A DNA stretch of 64,000 bases, taken from contig OZ223268.1 of NCBI GenBank assembly GCA_965140585.1, positions 96,001 to 160,000 on the forward strand, given 5' to 3'. The notes beneath the pieces are model-generated. The model was not told where the DNA came from. It searched no databases and was given only the letters and a program-made list of their open reading frames with translations. This stretch comes from Spirochaetia bacterium. Its GTDB lineage: Bacteria; Spirochaetota; Spirochaetia; UBA9216. A program made the translations under genes and the position numbers. Positions 9,655 through 18,312 of the stretch are shown piece after piece (position 1 is the first letter of the stretch; every line of letters starts with the position of its first letter).

Positions 9655-10686
9655 TTATGTTTCAATTACAATTCTATATGTAGCCGGATCTATTGCCCTC
9701 TCAAAGGCGTAATCAATGTTTGATAACGGAACAACCTCTGAAACAAGTTTCGATGCATCGATTATTCCGAATGAGAGCAGTCTAACTGCTGACATAAAAT
9801 CCTGAGTGTTTGAATTCACGGCCCCTGTGATAATCTTTTCTGATGAATGGACTGAATTAACATCCAGTTCAATAGGTTTGCCTTTCGGGAAAGAGGAATA
9901 CATAACTACAAAGCCATTATTTCCTGTCATATTGATACTCTGGTCTGCAAGCGATGTTAATGCAGCGGTGCAGAACACAACATCCGCCCCTCTTCCATCA
10001 GTATATTCTTTGACTTTTGCTACAGCATCCTCTTCACGCGAGTTTATAAGAATATCTGCACCCATGAGCTTCGCCAACTCCAGTCGCTTGTCATCAACCT
10101 CACAGGCTATAACTCTGGCCCCCTTAAGCTTTGCCAGCTGAATATGGAAAGCACCCATAATCCCGTTTCCAACAACAACCACATCATTTCCAAGCTGTAT
10201 ATTTGCGTTATTAATACTGTGCACACAACAGGCTAATGGTTCAGTCAAGGCTGCATATTTTAAATCAAGGTCATCAGAAACTTTGTACAGGGCTTTAGCC
10301 TCAATCAGCATGTACTCTGCAAATCCGCCGGGCCCACCGACCCCTTCATGGATATTTGCAATAAAAGCAGTCTCACATTTACTTTCATGACCTGTTCGAC
10401 AGTAATAACATTCACCACAGGTTGTCAAAATCCTGGCGGCTACCTTGTCACCGATTTTCAGATTTTTAACTTTATCGCCTACCGCCTCAACTGTTCCGGC
10501 TGCCTCATGACCTCCCGCATACGGATATCTCTGGAAAATACCGTTATAGATTCTTTGTTCCAGCGTACATATAGCGCAATTGGTGATTTTTACAAGAACC
10601 TGCGATCCCTGTGGTTCCCTGATTTCTTTTTCATCAAAATTGAATTTCTTCACATCTGAATGAATTGCAACTTTGTATGTCTTCAT
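9655..10686 (-). CDS. Zn-dependent alcohol/polyol dehydrogenase (MDR family)
   Basis: Catalytic Cys plus GHE, structural CGECYYC...C, EPLAC and Rossmann GNGIMG motifs. Confidence 0.9.
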   Translation of the reverse strand: MKTYKVAIHSDVKKFNFDEKEIREPQGSQVLVKITNCAICTLEQRIYNGIFQRYPYAGGHEAAGTVEAVGDKVKNLKIGDKVAARILTTCGECYYCRTGHESKCETAFIANIHEGVGGPGGFAEYMLIEAKALYKVSDDLDLKYAALTEPLACCVHSINNANIQLGNDVVVVGNGIMGAFHIQLAKLKGARVIACEVDDKRLELAKLMGADILINSREEDAVAKVKEYTDGRGADVVFCTAALTSLADQSINMTGNNGFVVMYSSFPKGKPIELDVNSVHSSEKIITGAVNSNTQDFMSAVRLLSFGIIDASKLVSEVVPLSNIDYAFERAIDPATYRIVIET

Positions 10687-10694
10687 CTTTTCTC

Positions 10695-11495
10695 CTAGAA
10701 TTTCTTATTCAACTCTTTGAGAGCTGCATCAACACTGCAGTTTTCATGTATCATTTTTGCTATAGCACCTGCATATCTGGCAGGATCTTCATGTCCCCAG
10801 ATATTTCTTCCCATAGCTACACCCGCACCGCCGGCATCAATCGAATCTTTAATTTCTGTGAGAAGTTTCTCTTCCGATACTTTTTTACTGCCCCCGAGAA
10901 TAACTACCGGAACATATACACTTTCACATAACTCATGAAATGTTTCCTGTGACCCCGTATACTCGGTTTTAATGACATCGGCGCCCATCTCAGCACCCAT
11001 TCTGCAGGCGAAGGTTATATTCTCCGGAGTACGTGAATCTTCACCTCCCTCGAACCCCCTGGGAAGCATCTCAGCAACAACCGGAACACCCCACTGATCG
11101 GCGTCCAGTATATTTCTTGAAAGGTCATTCAGTATTTGGTCTTCCCATTTGGATCCAGGGAACCCCATGCTGATAACCGCATCAGCCCCAAGTCTTAATG
11201 CATCTTCAACTTTAACAACAGTCTGCAGAGGCTTTGACTTTGAACCCAAAAATGAACATGAACCATCCAGACGAAGAATTATCCCCCTGCCGTGAAACTT
11301 ATCTGCAAATTTAGCAGCAAGTCCAACGGTAGACAGAAAAGCATCTGCTCCTGCTTTGGCGACTTCACTGATTATTTTTCCAGGTTCTTTCATGGCCGGC
11401 AGAACATTGAACATATTGCCATGGTCCATTGCCATGATAAAAACCTTTCTGTCTTCCCTAAATAGATGATTCATACGATGTGTTTTTGTTGACAT
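10695..11495 (-). CDS. Class I aldolase, DhnA/LsrF family
   Basis: AMDHG, ALRLGADAV, Schiff-base GADVIKT, VVILGG and GVAMGRNIW motifs. Confidence 0.88.
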   Translation of the reverse strand: MSTKTHRMNHLFREDRKVFIMAMDHGNMFNVLPAMKEPGKIISEVAKAGADAFLSTVGLAAKFADKFHGRGIILRLDGSCSFLGSKSKPLQTVVKVEDALRLGADAVISMGFPGSKWEDQILNDLSRNILDADQWGVPVVAEMLPRGFEGGEDSRTPENITFACRMGAEMGADVIKTEYTGSQETFHELCESVYVPVVILGGSKKVSEEKLLTEIKDSIDAGGAGVAMGRNIWGHEDPARYAGAIAKMIHENCSVDAALKELNKKF

Positions 11496-11522
11496 ATATA
11501 TGCTTCCTATTTTTATTCAATT

Positions 11523-11569
11523 TTCAGGTGTTACATATGCTCACTTTGTGTTCATATGTAACACCTGAA
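11523..11569. promoter_or_regulatory. Perfect 17-bp inverted repeat, probable operator of the SorC-family regulator
   Basis: TTCAGGTGTTACATATG-13 nt-CATATGTAACACCTGAA, 27 nt upstream of the aldolase start. Confidence 0.65.
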
Positions 11570-11684
11570 CACAGACTAACACAGCATACCTGAGAAGTAA
11601 AGCTTTTTAAGAAAAAATTTAGAGATTTATAAGCTATTTTTTAAAGTGAGGGTTGCTGTTAAATATCTGGATAAAGAAAAGATT

Positions 11685-12614
11685 TTATTTTTTTAAATTT
11701 CGATGGACTGCAGCAGCAGTAATGGAATCTGTAACTAGTATATTTATCAGGTTTCCGCGTATAGCACCCGTGATAGCAGAAACTTTCTTTTCACCGCCGG
11801 CGATGCCAATCCTGATTGGAATGTTTTTATAACTTTCCAAATCTATCGCAAATACCCTGCCGTTAAGATCACTCTGAATAACATTACCTTTATCATCAAA
11901 AAAGTGGGTACACACTTCACCAACTACATTTTTATCTTTTAAAGATTTTTTTTCCTGTTCAGACAGAAAATCTTCCTGTATGAACGAAGATTCCTCGGAC
12001 ATATCACCAAGGCCGACTACCGCAACAGTACAATTCTTCATTTTCTCATATACCTGAGCAAAAAAACTTTCTTTAAGCATTGAATCTCTGAGCTGCTTAT
12101 TTTCGACAATAATTGGAGCATACATAAAATATGGTGTTGCATCCAGGATTTCTGAAGACTGGCGTACGATGTCATCTGAATTTACATTTGACTCCCTGGC
12201 ATTCAAACCGCCTACCAGTTGTGTAACAATCAGGTTCTTTTTATCAGATTTTTCTAAATTAGCTACAGCTGAAGAAAGGGCTCTGCCCCTGGAAAAACCA
12301 ATAATATCATTATCATTAATAATCCTGTCCAGATAAGCCGCAGCAGCAAGTCCGAGTGAGTTGTTTATATCCTCGTCACAATTTAGAATTATTGCTTCGT
12401 TTAGACCCGAGCATGTCTCGAATTCAGTTTCATATTCAATATTTCGATCTTCAATATCCTGAATTACAATTTTAACAATACCTTTATCTAAACAATATTT
12501 TAATATCCGATTAACTCTTTGTCTGGATGTCAGCATTTTCTTTGCAATTTCATTCTGAGTCATGCCTTTCCTGTAATAATAATGAGCAACCTTGATATAT
12601 TCGTTAAGATTCAT
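11685..12614 (-). CDS. SorC/DeoR family sugar-binding transcriptional regulator
   Basis: N-terminal YYRKGMTQNEIAKKMLTSRQRVNR HTH; sugar-binding domain ending AGGEKK...LVTD. ATG 12614 preferred over 12644. Confidence 0.9.
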   Translation of the reverse strand: MNLNEYIKVAHYYYRKGMTQNEIAKKMLTSRQRVNRILKYCLDKGIVKIVIQDIEDRNIEYETEFETCSGLNEAIILNCDEDINNSLGLAAAAYLDRIINDNDIIGFSRGRALSSAVANLEKSDKKNLIVTQLVGGLNARESNVNSDDIVRQSSEILDATPYFMYAPIIVENKQLRDSMLKESFFAQVYEKMKNCTVAVVGLGDMSEESSFIQEDFLSEQEKKSLKDKNVVGEVCTHFFDDKGNVIQSDLNGRVFAIDLESYKNIPIRIGIAGGEKKVSAITGAIRGNLINILVTDSITAAAVHRNLKK

Positions 12615-12836
12615 AAATGTTCCTACCAGATTATACAATATCATTAATTTATTTTGTAAACTATATAAAATTATGTATCGTTGGGGAACGGAGTTGATGA
12701 TGGTTCTTAAATTATCAGCGCTATTGAATTTATAGGCGGATTTCTTACAGCCGAGAAGAACTTCTACAATGTATAAATTAACTTTCTCTGTACTTTCCGA
12801 CTGTCTATGGATAAATTTAATATAAGGAGGAACATT

Positions 12837-12980
12837 ATGGAAATTGAACCTGTAGATCCTTCGATACCACCGCCGGAAAAGCCTGCCGAACAGCCGCTCC
12901 CGCCTCCGGAAAAAACACCCCCGGAAGCTGAGGTTATCGAGGACGATGAACTCGGAGAAAACGTAGATCTGCTTTCATAA
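12837..12980 (+). CDS. Small proline-rich acidic protein (47 aa), not in the ORF track
   Basis: AAGGAGG RBS 6 nt upstream; MEIEPVDPSIPPPEKPAEQPLPPPEKTPPEAEVIEDDELGENVDLLS*. Confidence 0.7.
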   Translation: MEIEPVDPSIPPPEKPAEQPLPPPEKTPPEAEVIEDDELGENVDLLS

Positions 12981-13000
12981 TATCCGCTGGGAGATTATTG

Positions 13001-13056
13001 AACCACGGATATATGTGGCTTAGATATGTGGTCACACGGATTGGCACGGATATAAG
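13001..13056 (+). repeat. Copy 2 of the CCACGGATATAT-N8-GATATGYGGTCACACGG motif, upstream of GxxExxY
   Basis: 13003-13039 matches the reverse complement of 15884-15920 at 28 of 29 positions outside the 8-nt spacer. Confidence 0.75.
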
Positions 13057-13123
13057 AAAGTTTAAGGTTGAAAAGTAGAACACTTAGGAACTGCCTCCAC
13101 GTAATACTCAATTTTACATCTTA

Positions 13124-13183
13124 TTTCCGGAGGTTCAAGGCCAGAGCAAGCGATCCTTCGGACCGGCCTTGAGCATCCGGAAA
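13124..13183 (+). other. Long imperfect stem-loop upstream of GxxExxY
   Basis: TTTCCGGAGGTTCAAGGCC pairs with GGCCTTGAGCATCCGGAAA (19 positions, one mismatch, one G-U on the + strand). Confidence 0.65.
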
Positions 13184-13211
13184 GTGAGCCTGCCTGTTTT
13201 TAATAAAAACA

Positions 13212-13640
13212 GTGAGGCTGAATCTTTTGTCTTTGACAAAAGATTTGACAGTTTTCGTTGAAAACTGTCAGTTAAGAAACTCTATAACAGAATTATCAAA
13301 TAAAATTGTAGTAGCTTTTTTCAGGGTTCATAATGAACTTGGGCCGGGTTTGCTTGAATCATGCTATCATAATGCACTTTACATTGAGATGAAAGCCACT
13401 GGGTTAAATATTGTCAATAATGCCCAACTTAATGTGCATTACCGGGGTGAAGTTGTCGGTGAGTTTTTCTCTGACCTTGTGGTTAATAACAGTATCATCA
13501 TTGAAATCAAATCTGTTCAGGCGCTTTCATCTGCTCATGAAGCACAGCTTATAAACTATCTCCGCATCAGTAAGCTTAAGGTCGGTTATCTTGTTAATTT
13601 TCAGGGTTCAAGGGTTATATTTAAGCGGTTTGTTGTTTGA
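13212..13640 (+). CDS. GxxExxY protein (PD-(D/E)XK nuclease-like family); start uncertain
   Basis: LGPGLLESCY signature, DLVV...IIIEIK and HEAQLINYL...GYLVNF. Confidence 0.9.
   Translation: MRLNLLSLTKDLTVFVENCQLRNSITELSNKIVVAFFRVHNELGPGLLESCYHNALYIEMKATGLNIVNNAQLNVHYRGEVVGEFFSDLVVNNSIIIEIKSVQALSSAHEAQLINYLRISKLKVGYLVNFQGSRVIFKRFVV
13221..13270. repeat. Two abutting perfect 25-bp palindromes (11-3-11)
   Basis: AATCTTTTGTC-TTT-GACAAAAGATT (13221-13245) directly followed by TGACAGTTTTC-GTT-GAAAACTGTCA (13246-13270). Confidence 0.85.
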
Positions 13641-13825
13641 TAGATCTTGTTCACAGATTTACCAAGAGCATGATATCATAAAGGAACAAAAGAAAAGATT
13701 ACCTGCAGACGATGATATTTCAAATGTCGACTGCCATACCTCAAACTTCTATACATCACTAGCTGAATATATAAAAGCGACATAGAAAAAAAAGTTGCAC
13801 ATTAATATTAAAAAGTCTTATATTT

Positions 13826-14527
13826 TCACCTTATAGCTTTATCAAGGATACTTTCTATCTCTTTCTCAATTTTAGGGATACTTGCTTCCAGCTCTTGAAC
13901 ACTAATAAGTCTCTCAAATGATAACATTTTAGAAATTCCATCTTGGATATTCCCAGCTAAGAAATTTACAAAAGTTGAAGAATATTCTTTAAATTCAGGT
14001 TGATGAAACACTTCTAATGAATAGAAATTAATAATCGTAGGCACTGTAACAAGTTTGAATAAATGAATTTTTGCCCTTAAAAGCTTATCGGAAATATATG
14101 TTTCACTTATAAATTTAATTTTCATGTCTAAAGCAATCGCTTCTGTGACAATTTTGTCATTTCGGTGCGGTAAAAACTCATTCTCTTCACCGTGTGAATC
14201 AATGTTAAAAGGTTTTCCAGAAGCTACAAGCCCTTTATAAATACTAGTTGGATAATACAAATTTAAAAGTTCAGAAATATAATTATTCAATTCGAGAATG
14301 TATTTTTGTCTTTGCTGGTATTTAAATTCACGATCCTGCATATTCAAATTCATAAGTAAAATAATCATCGTCAGCATTGTTAAGATTGGAGTTATAAATG
14401 AACCGAATGCTCCCCAATGATTTGGGTCGTCAGATAGTCCACCATTAAAATTGACAACATAAAGAATGATTGATAACAACGATAGTACTAAAAGAAAAAT
14501 GATTGAAATCTTCAAAATTTTATTCAT
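13826..14527 (-). CDS. Hypothetical protein with two N-terminal TM helices
   Basis: 233-aa AT-rich ORF with GGGG RBS; TM-loop-WGAFGSF-TM arrangement. Confidence 0.75.
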   Translation of the reverse strand: MNKILKISIIFLLVLSLLSIILYVVNFNGGLSDDPNHWGAFGSFITPILTMLTMIILLMNLNMQDREFKYQQRQKYILELNNYISELLNLYYPTSIYKGLVASGKPFNIDSHGEENEFLPHRNDKIVTEAIALDMKIKFISETYISDKLLRAKIHLFKLVTVPTIINFYSLEVFHQPEFKEYSSTFVNFLAGNIQDGISKMLSFERLISVQELEASIPKIEKEIESILDKAIR

Positions 14528-14564
14528 ATTACAATCCCCCTTCTCTTCAATAGTTAATTATTTT

Positions 14565-15230
14565 TTAAGACTGAAATGGATTCTTTGATAGATAATTTTT
14601 CATTTGCTTTATTTTGATATCAAGAAAATCATTGCTGATATGCATTCTTTCATAGATAACTTCAGTCGCTTCAGCGATAATATAGAATATTGTTTCGATA
14701 TGAGCCACAAAGGCTTGAATAGGTCTTTCATTAACCAACATAAAAACATCGCGTTCAGAATTATATGAACGATCCATCAGAACTGCCAAATTATTGTGCG
14801 TCTCACCACAAAGCGTAATATAAGCACCTTTATAGAAATTCTCCAACCCGGCGCTTTTAAATTTGGACTTAATTGACAGTACTTTTCCATTTTCACTTCA
14901 AATTCATTTATTTTAGCCTTTATACTGTCAATCTTTACATCATCCACTTTAAAATCCCCTTCAAACAAACCTTCTTTAAAAACCTTAATTCGATGTTTAT
15001 GGTAATCCAATTCTAATAATGATAAATAGCTCTCATCATTATTAAGATTTATAAAGTCAACAAAGGCTTCCAACATATTTCTTAAAATATGAGAAACAGC
15101 TGCTAAAAGATGCTCCTTAATAAGCACCATACAGGAAAGACAATCCTCGTATATCGTGCAATACAAACAAAGCAATGCAGTAGTGTATTTATCGTTGGAG
15201 ATATCATTTTTCTTTTTTAAATCTTTTTCG
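14565..15230 (-). pseudogene. DUF5677-like (HEPN-related) gene, frameshifted and apparently 5'-truncated
   Basis: ILRNMLEAFVDF in one frame continues as LSIKSKFKSAGLENFYKGAYITLCGETH in another; shift near 14885-14899; no credible start of its own. Confidence 0.6.
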
Positions 15231-15254
15231 ATATTTTTACATATGCATAATCTA

Positions 15255-15605
15255 TCATTCCAAATCCTTATCAGGTTCAACTACATTTTGATTTGAACTT
15301 GCTCTTTTTCTTTTTTTTTCCTGTAATTTTGCATATTGAATCGGGTTTATCTTGTCTTCGATTATAAAATTATCCATCAGGTACAATAAATCAAGAGCTC
15401 GCAATATCTGAATAAGAGAGGAAAGCCTAATTGATTCCCCATTCTCAATTTGAACAAGAGTACCTCTATTTATCCCTGCTTCATATGCTATTTTTTCTTG
15501 AGTTTTGTTTTGTCCCAGTCGCTGATGTTTAATATATGTACCTATAACACTTATAAGTGCGGAATCGGTCATTGAAGCCCAATTATTGTTGATATTTTCC
15601 ATCAT
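15255..15605 (-). CDS. XRE-family HTH regulator, HipB-like antitoxin type
   Basis: RLGQNKTQEKIAYEAGINRGTLVQIENG HTH and KKRKRAS tail. Confidence 0.82.
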   Translation of the reverse strand: MMENINNNWASMTDSALISVIGTYIKHQRLGQNKTQEKIAYEAGINRGTLVQIENGESIRLSSLIQILRALDLLYLMDNFIIEDKINPIQYAKLQEKKRKRASSNQNVVEPDKDLE

Positions 15606-15645
15606 TAACCCTGCAATATTGTTTTAATGTTGGCTTTTTCCAACA
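15587..15645. promoter_or_regulatory. Two probable autoregulatory operator boxes of the XRE gene
   Basis: TGTTGG-N6-CCAACA at 15628-15645, and a degenerate TGTTGA-N6-CCATCA at 15587-15604 over the start codons. Confidence 0.45.
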
Positions 15646-15883
15646 AAGAACCAGTTTTCACATTTAGTTGTGAGAAATGCGGGTTAATCATTATGTTTTT
15701 AGATTACCTCTACGTAAGGAACAGTTTATACTTCACCAGGTAAAAATTAGGTACACTATTCCAGGGGAAATTCATGAAGCGCCTCTGAGTATTTCCACCT
15801 GATACACCAGCAAGAAAAAATTTTTCTACGATAATACAAACAAACGTTCATCTGTGAACCGCTGCCCTTCACCACCCCACTAA

Positions 15884-15920
15884 CCGTGTGACCGCATATC
15901 TTTACCCAATATATCCGTGG
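15884..15920 (-). repeat. Copy 3 (inverted) of the CCACGGATATAT-N8-GATATGYGGTCACACGG motif
   Basis: Minus strand reads CCACGGATATAT-TGGGTAAA-GATATGCGGTCACACGG, followed further on by TTCACAGATGAAC. Confidence 0.75.
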
Positions 15921-15934
15921 CCAACACCCTCTTC

Positions 15935-15946
15935 TCGGGCTGGCCG
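15935..15946 (-). repeat. 12-bp duplication of the tRNA-Pro 3' end (att-like)
   Basis: TCGGGCTGGCCG is identical to 16023-16034. Confidence 0.5.
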
Positions 15947-15985
15947 AAAGACAGCGAAGTGCAGCAGCCCAGGCCACTATGGTGC

Positions 15986-16014
15986 AAAAAAAGCACCTTC
16001 TAAGGTGCTTTTTT
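15986..16014 (-). terminator. Intrinsic terminator of tRNA-Pro (bidirectional form)
   Basis: A7-GCACCT-TCTA-AGGTGC-T6. Confidence 0.85.
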
Positions 16015-16022
16015 AAACGGTA

Positions 16023-16096
16023 TCGGGCTGGCCGGATTTGAACCGGCGACCCCAAGTCCCCCAGACTTGTACGCTAAACCCCTGCGCTACAGCCCG
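16023..16096 (-). tRNA. tRNA-Pro(GGG), CCA not encoded
   Basis: Acceptor stem CGGGCTG/CAGCCCG, anticodon arm CAAGT-CTGGGGG-ACTTG, T arm GCCGG-TTCAAAT-CCGGC. Confidence 0.97.
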
Positions 16097-16130
16097 TTAT
16101 GTGCTGGTAAAGATACCACTTAAATGCTTT

Positions 16131-16934
16131 TTATGTCAATAAATCCGGATACACCTTTTCAATCCATTTCTGCGAATCCATCGGAGGCCTCATATACCCC
16201 TCAGGCGACTGGCGCTCGGGCAGATCTATAGGTTCCGGAGTAAGGTCCTGATACGGAATCTGCTTTAAAAAATGATCTATAGTATTAAGCCTGGTGCAGA
16301 ACTTGTCATCTGCATCAACCACATGCCAGGGAGAATCTGGCAGATCAGAAAATGCAAACATCTCATCCTTCGCCTTAGAATACTCAACCCACTTTGAACG
16401 GGCCGTCATATCCATCGGACTGAGCTTCCACCTCTTTGCAGGGTCTTTAAGCCTGTCCCGGAACCGCTTTTCCTGTTCTTCATCACTTACCGAAAACCAG
16501 TATTTAATCAGAATAATTCCGCTTCGAATCAGCATACGCTCAAATTCAGGAAGCGAACGTTTGAACTCATCATATTCATCATGGGAACAGAAGCCCATAA
16601 CATGCTCTACCCCCGCCCTGTTGTACCAGGAACGATCAAAAAAAACCATTTCACCGGCGGAAGGCAGATGAGTCACATAGCGCTGAAAGTACCACTGACT
16701 CTTCTCCTTTTCTGTAGGAACAGGCAGTGCCACGACCCTGGCTCCGCGGGGGTTTAAACCGGCAGTGATTACCTTTATTACGCCCCCCTTTCCTGCTGCA
16801 TCACGGCCTTCAAAAAGAACAACAACCTTTAATCCCTGTTTTTTAATCCACTGCTGCTGTTTAACAAGCTCAGTGGTAAGCCTTTTCAGTTCCTTCAGAT
16901 AATCTTTCTTCTTCAGCTTTGATTTTGTCCCCAT
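16131..16934 (-). CDS. ppk2: Polyphosphate kinase 2
   Basis: FEGRDAAGKGG, FDRSWYNRAGVE and WKLSPMD motifs; GGAGG RBS before ATG 16934. Confidence 0.95.
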   Translation of the reverse strand: MGTKSKLKKKDYLKELKRLTTELVKQQQWIKKQGLKVVVLFEGRDAAGKGGVIKVITAGLNPRGARVVALPVPTEKEKSQWYFQRYVTHLPSAGEMVFFDRSWYNRAGVEHVMGFCSHDEYDEFKRSLPEFERMLIRSGIILIKYWFSVSDEEQEKRFRDRLKDPAKRWKLSPMDMTARSKWVEYSKAKDEMFAFSDLPDSPWHVVDADDKFCTRLNTIDHFLKQIPYQDLTPEPIDLPERQSPEGYMRPPMDSQKWIEKVYPDLLT

Positions 16935-17081
16935 TTTGGACCTCCTGCAGACGGTATATCCGAATTTTAAACTCATTTGCAGCATGAAAGCAAATTTTAT
17001 TTTTTATTGCCTGTATTGGTTTCTTACTATATACTTCTATAAAATTTCACAAATAGGCGTAAATTACCGAGAAATATACAA

Positions 17082-18197
17082 ATGGCTGATAATAATATAC
17101 TTGAACAGTTCAATAAAATGCAGCAAACCGGTGCACTCAGCGATCTGGCGGCATTACGGCGTGAAAACCGTGAGCTTGAAAAGATAATTACCGATGCGGC
17201 GCTTTTGATTACCAATTCCAATGTAGACGGAATGCTGCAGTTCATGATCAGCAGAATACTCGATCACTTCATCCCCCAGTTTCTGGCCTTTATTATTGAG
17301 CCGCCGAGAGGCAAAAACCTTCGCGAGTATACCTACCGGAACCTCAAAGAAGTCGATGACAAAATCCCTGCGCGGTACTACGACCTTCTCAAAGAACATT
17401 TCATGCATACCCCGGCTGCAGCCAGTTTCAAAGATCTTGAAAAAGCCCTCGGTGAAGAGAACTTCGGAGATGATTTCCGCCGATACGGGCCTGAACTGAT
17501 ATACCCCATGCATGGTATCGGAGGTCTTTACGGCCTTGTTATACTGGGTAAAAAGTTTACAGCCGATGAATACGGAGAACTTGAAAAGCTGTACATGGAC
17601 CGGATGATCCGCTTTCTTTCTGTAAGTATCCAGAACGGTCTTCATCATGAGAGCTCCATCACCGACCCCAAGACCAGTCTGTTTAACTATGATTACTTTA
17701 TAAGCAGGGTTGAAGAGGAAATTGCCCACGCAGGCAGGCACGGAGTTAGATCCGGAATGCTGATACTCGATGTCGACAAGTTCAAGAACTTTAACGATAC
17801 TCACGGGCACGTAGCCGGTGATGAAGCCCTTGTCACACTTGCAAATGTGCTGAGAAAAAGTACAAGGGCCGAAGACTGCGTATCACGCTTCGGTGGTGAA
17901 GAGTTCTCTATACTTATTGCTAACTGCAATTCTGCCCTGCTCAAAGAAATTGCCGAAAGAATCCGTAAATCTGTTGAGGAAACTCCAATCCACTTTGAAT
18001 CAAAGAAACTAAATATTACTGTCAGCATAGGCGCCAGAATGATAGAGTTCACTCCGGGCCGAAATGCAGTAAATTTGCTTGAGGATGCGGACAAAGCCCT
18101 GTATAATGCAAAGGAAGGCGGAAGAAACCGTGTAGTCCTTTACGCCTCCGGCTTTCTTGGAAGGGCCGAGGTTACCAGAAAGGGAATGCAAAAATAG
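17082..18197 (+). CDS. Diguanylate cyclase with N-terminal GAF-like region
   Basis: DVDKFKNFNDTHGHVAGD, RAED I-site, RFGGEEF and ADKALY motifs. Confidence 0.92.
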   Translation: MADNNILEQFNKMQQTGALSDLAALRRENRELEKIITDAALLITNSNVDGMLQFMISRILDHFIPQFLAFIIEPPRGKNLREYTYRNLKEVDDKIPARYYDLLKEHFMHTPAAASFKDLEKALGEENFGDDFRRYGPELIYPMHGIGGLYGLVILGKKFTADEYGELEKLYMDRMIRFLSVSIQNGLHHESSITDPKTSLFNYDYFISRVEEEIAHAGRHGVRSGMLILDVDKFKNFNDTHGHVAGDEALVTLANVLRKSTRAEDCVSRFGGEEFSILIANCNSALLKEIAERIRKSVEETPIHFESKKLNITVSIGARMIEFTPGRNAVNLLEDADKALYNAKEGGRNRVVLYASGFLGRAEVTRKGMQK

Positions 18198-18312
18198 TAG
18201 TACTAATTTACTATATGTTTTACTGAATTCATTAGAAAAATTAATGAAAATAGAGTACTTCTGATGTAGAATATTCCTGATGAGACTTGCATTGGTTTCA
18301 CAGGAGGATACT

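Noticed and set aside
13154-13162. Apparent C(UUCG)G tetraloop inside the GxxExxY leader stem
   Set aside because: Only one closing pair supports it; the alternative TCC-TTC-GGA pairing is equally weak.
6912-15920. Motif copies with variable spacers considered as a CRISPR array
   Set aside because: Only three dispersed copies, in mixed orientation, with short spacers and no cas genes.
15756-16055. 99-aa ORF in the ORF track
   Set aside because: It overlaps the tRNA, its terminator and a repeat, so it is spurious.
13000-16100. Prophage or integrative element at tRNA-Pro
   Set aside because: No integrase, transposase or phage genes are in the window; reported only as a cassette and att-like scar.
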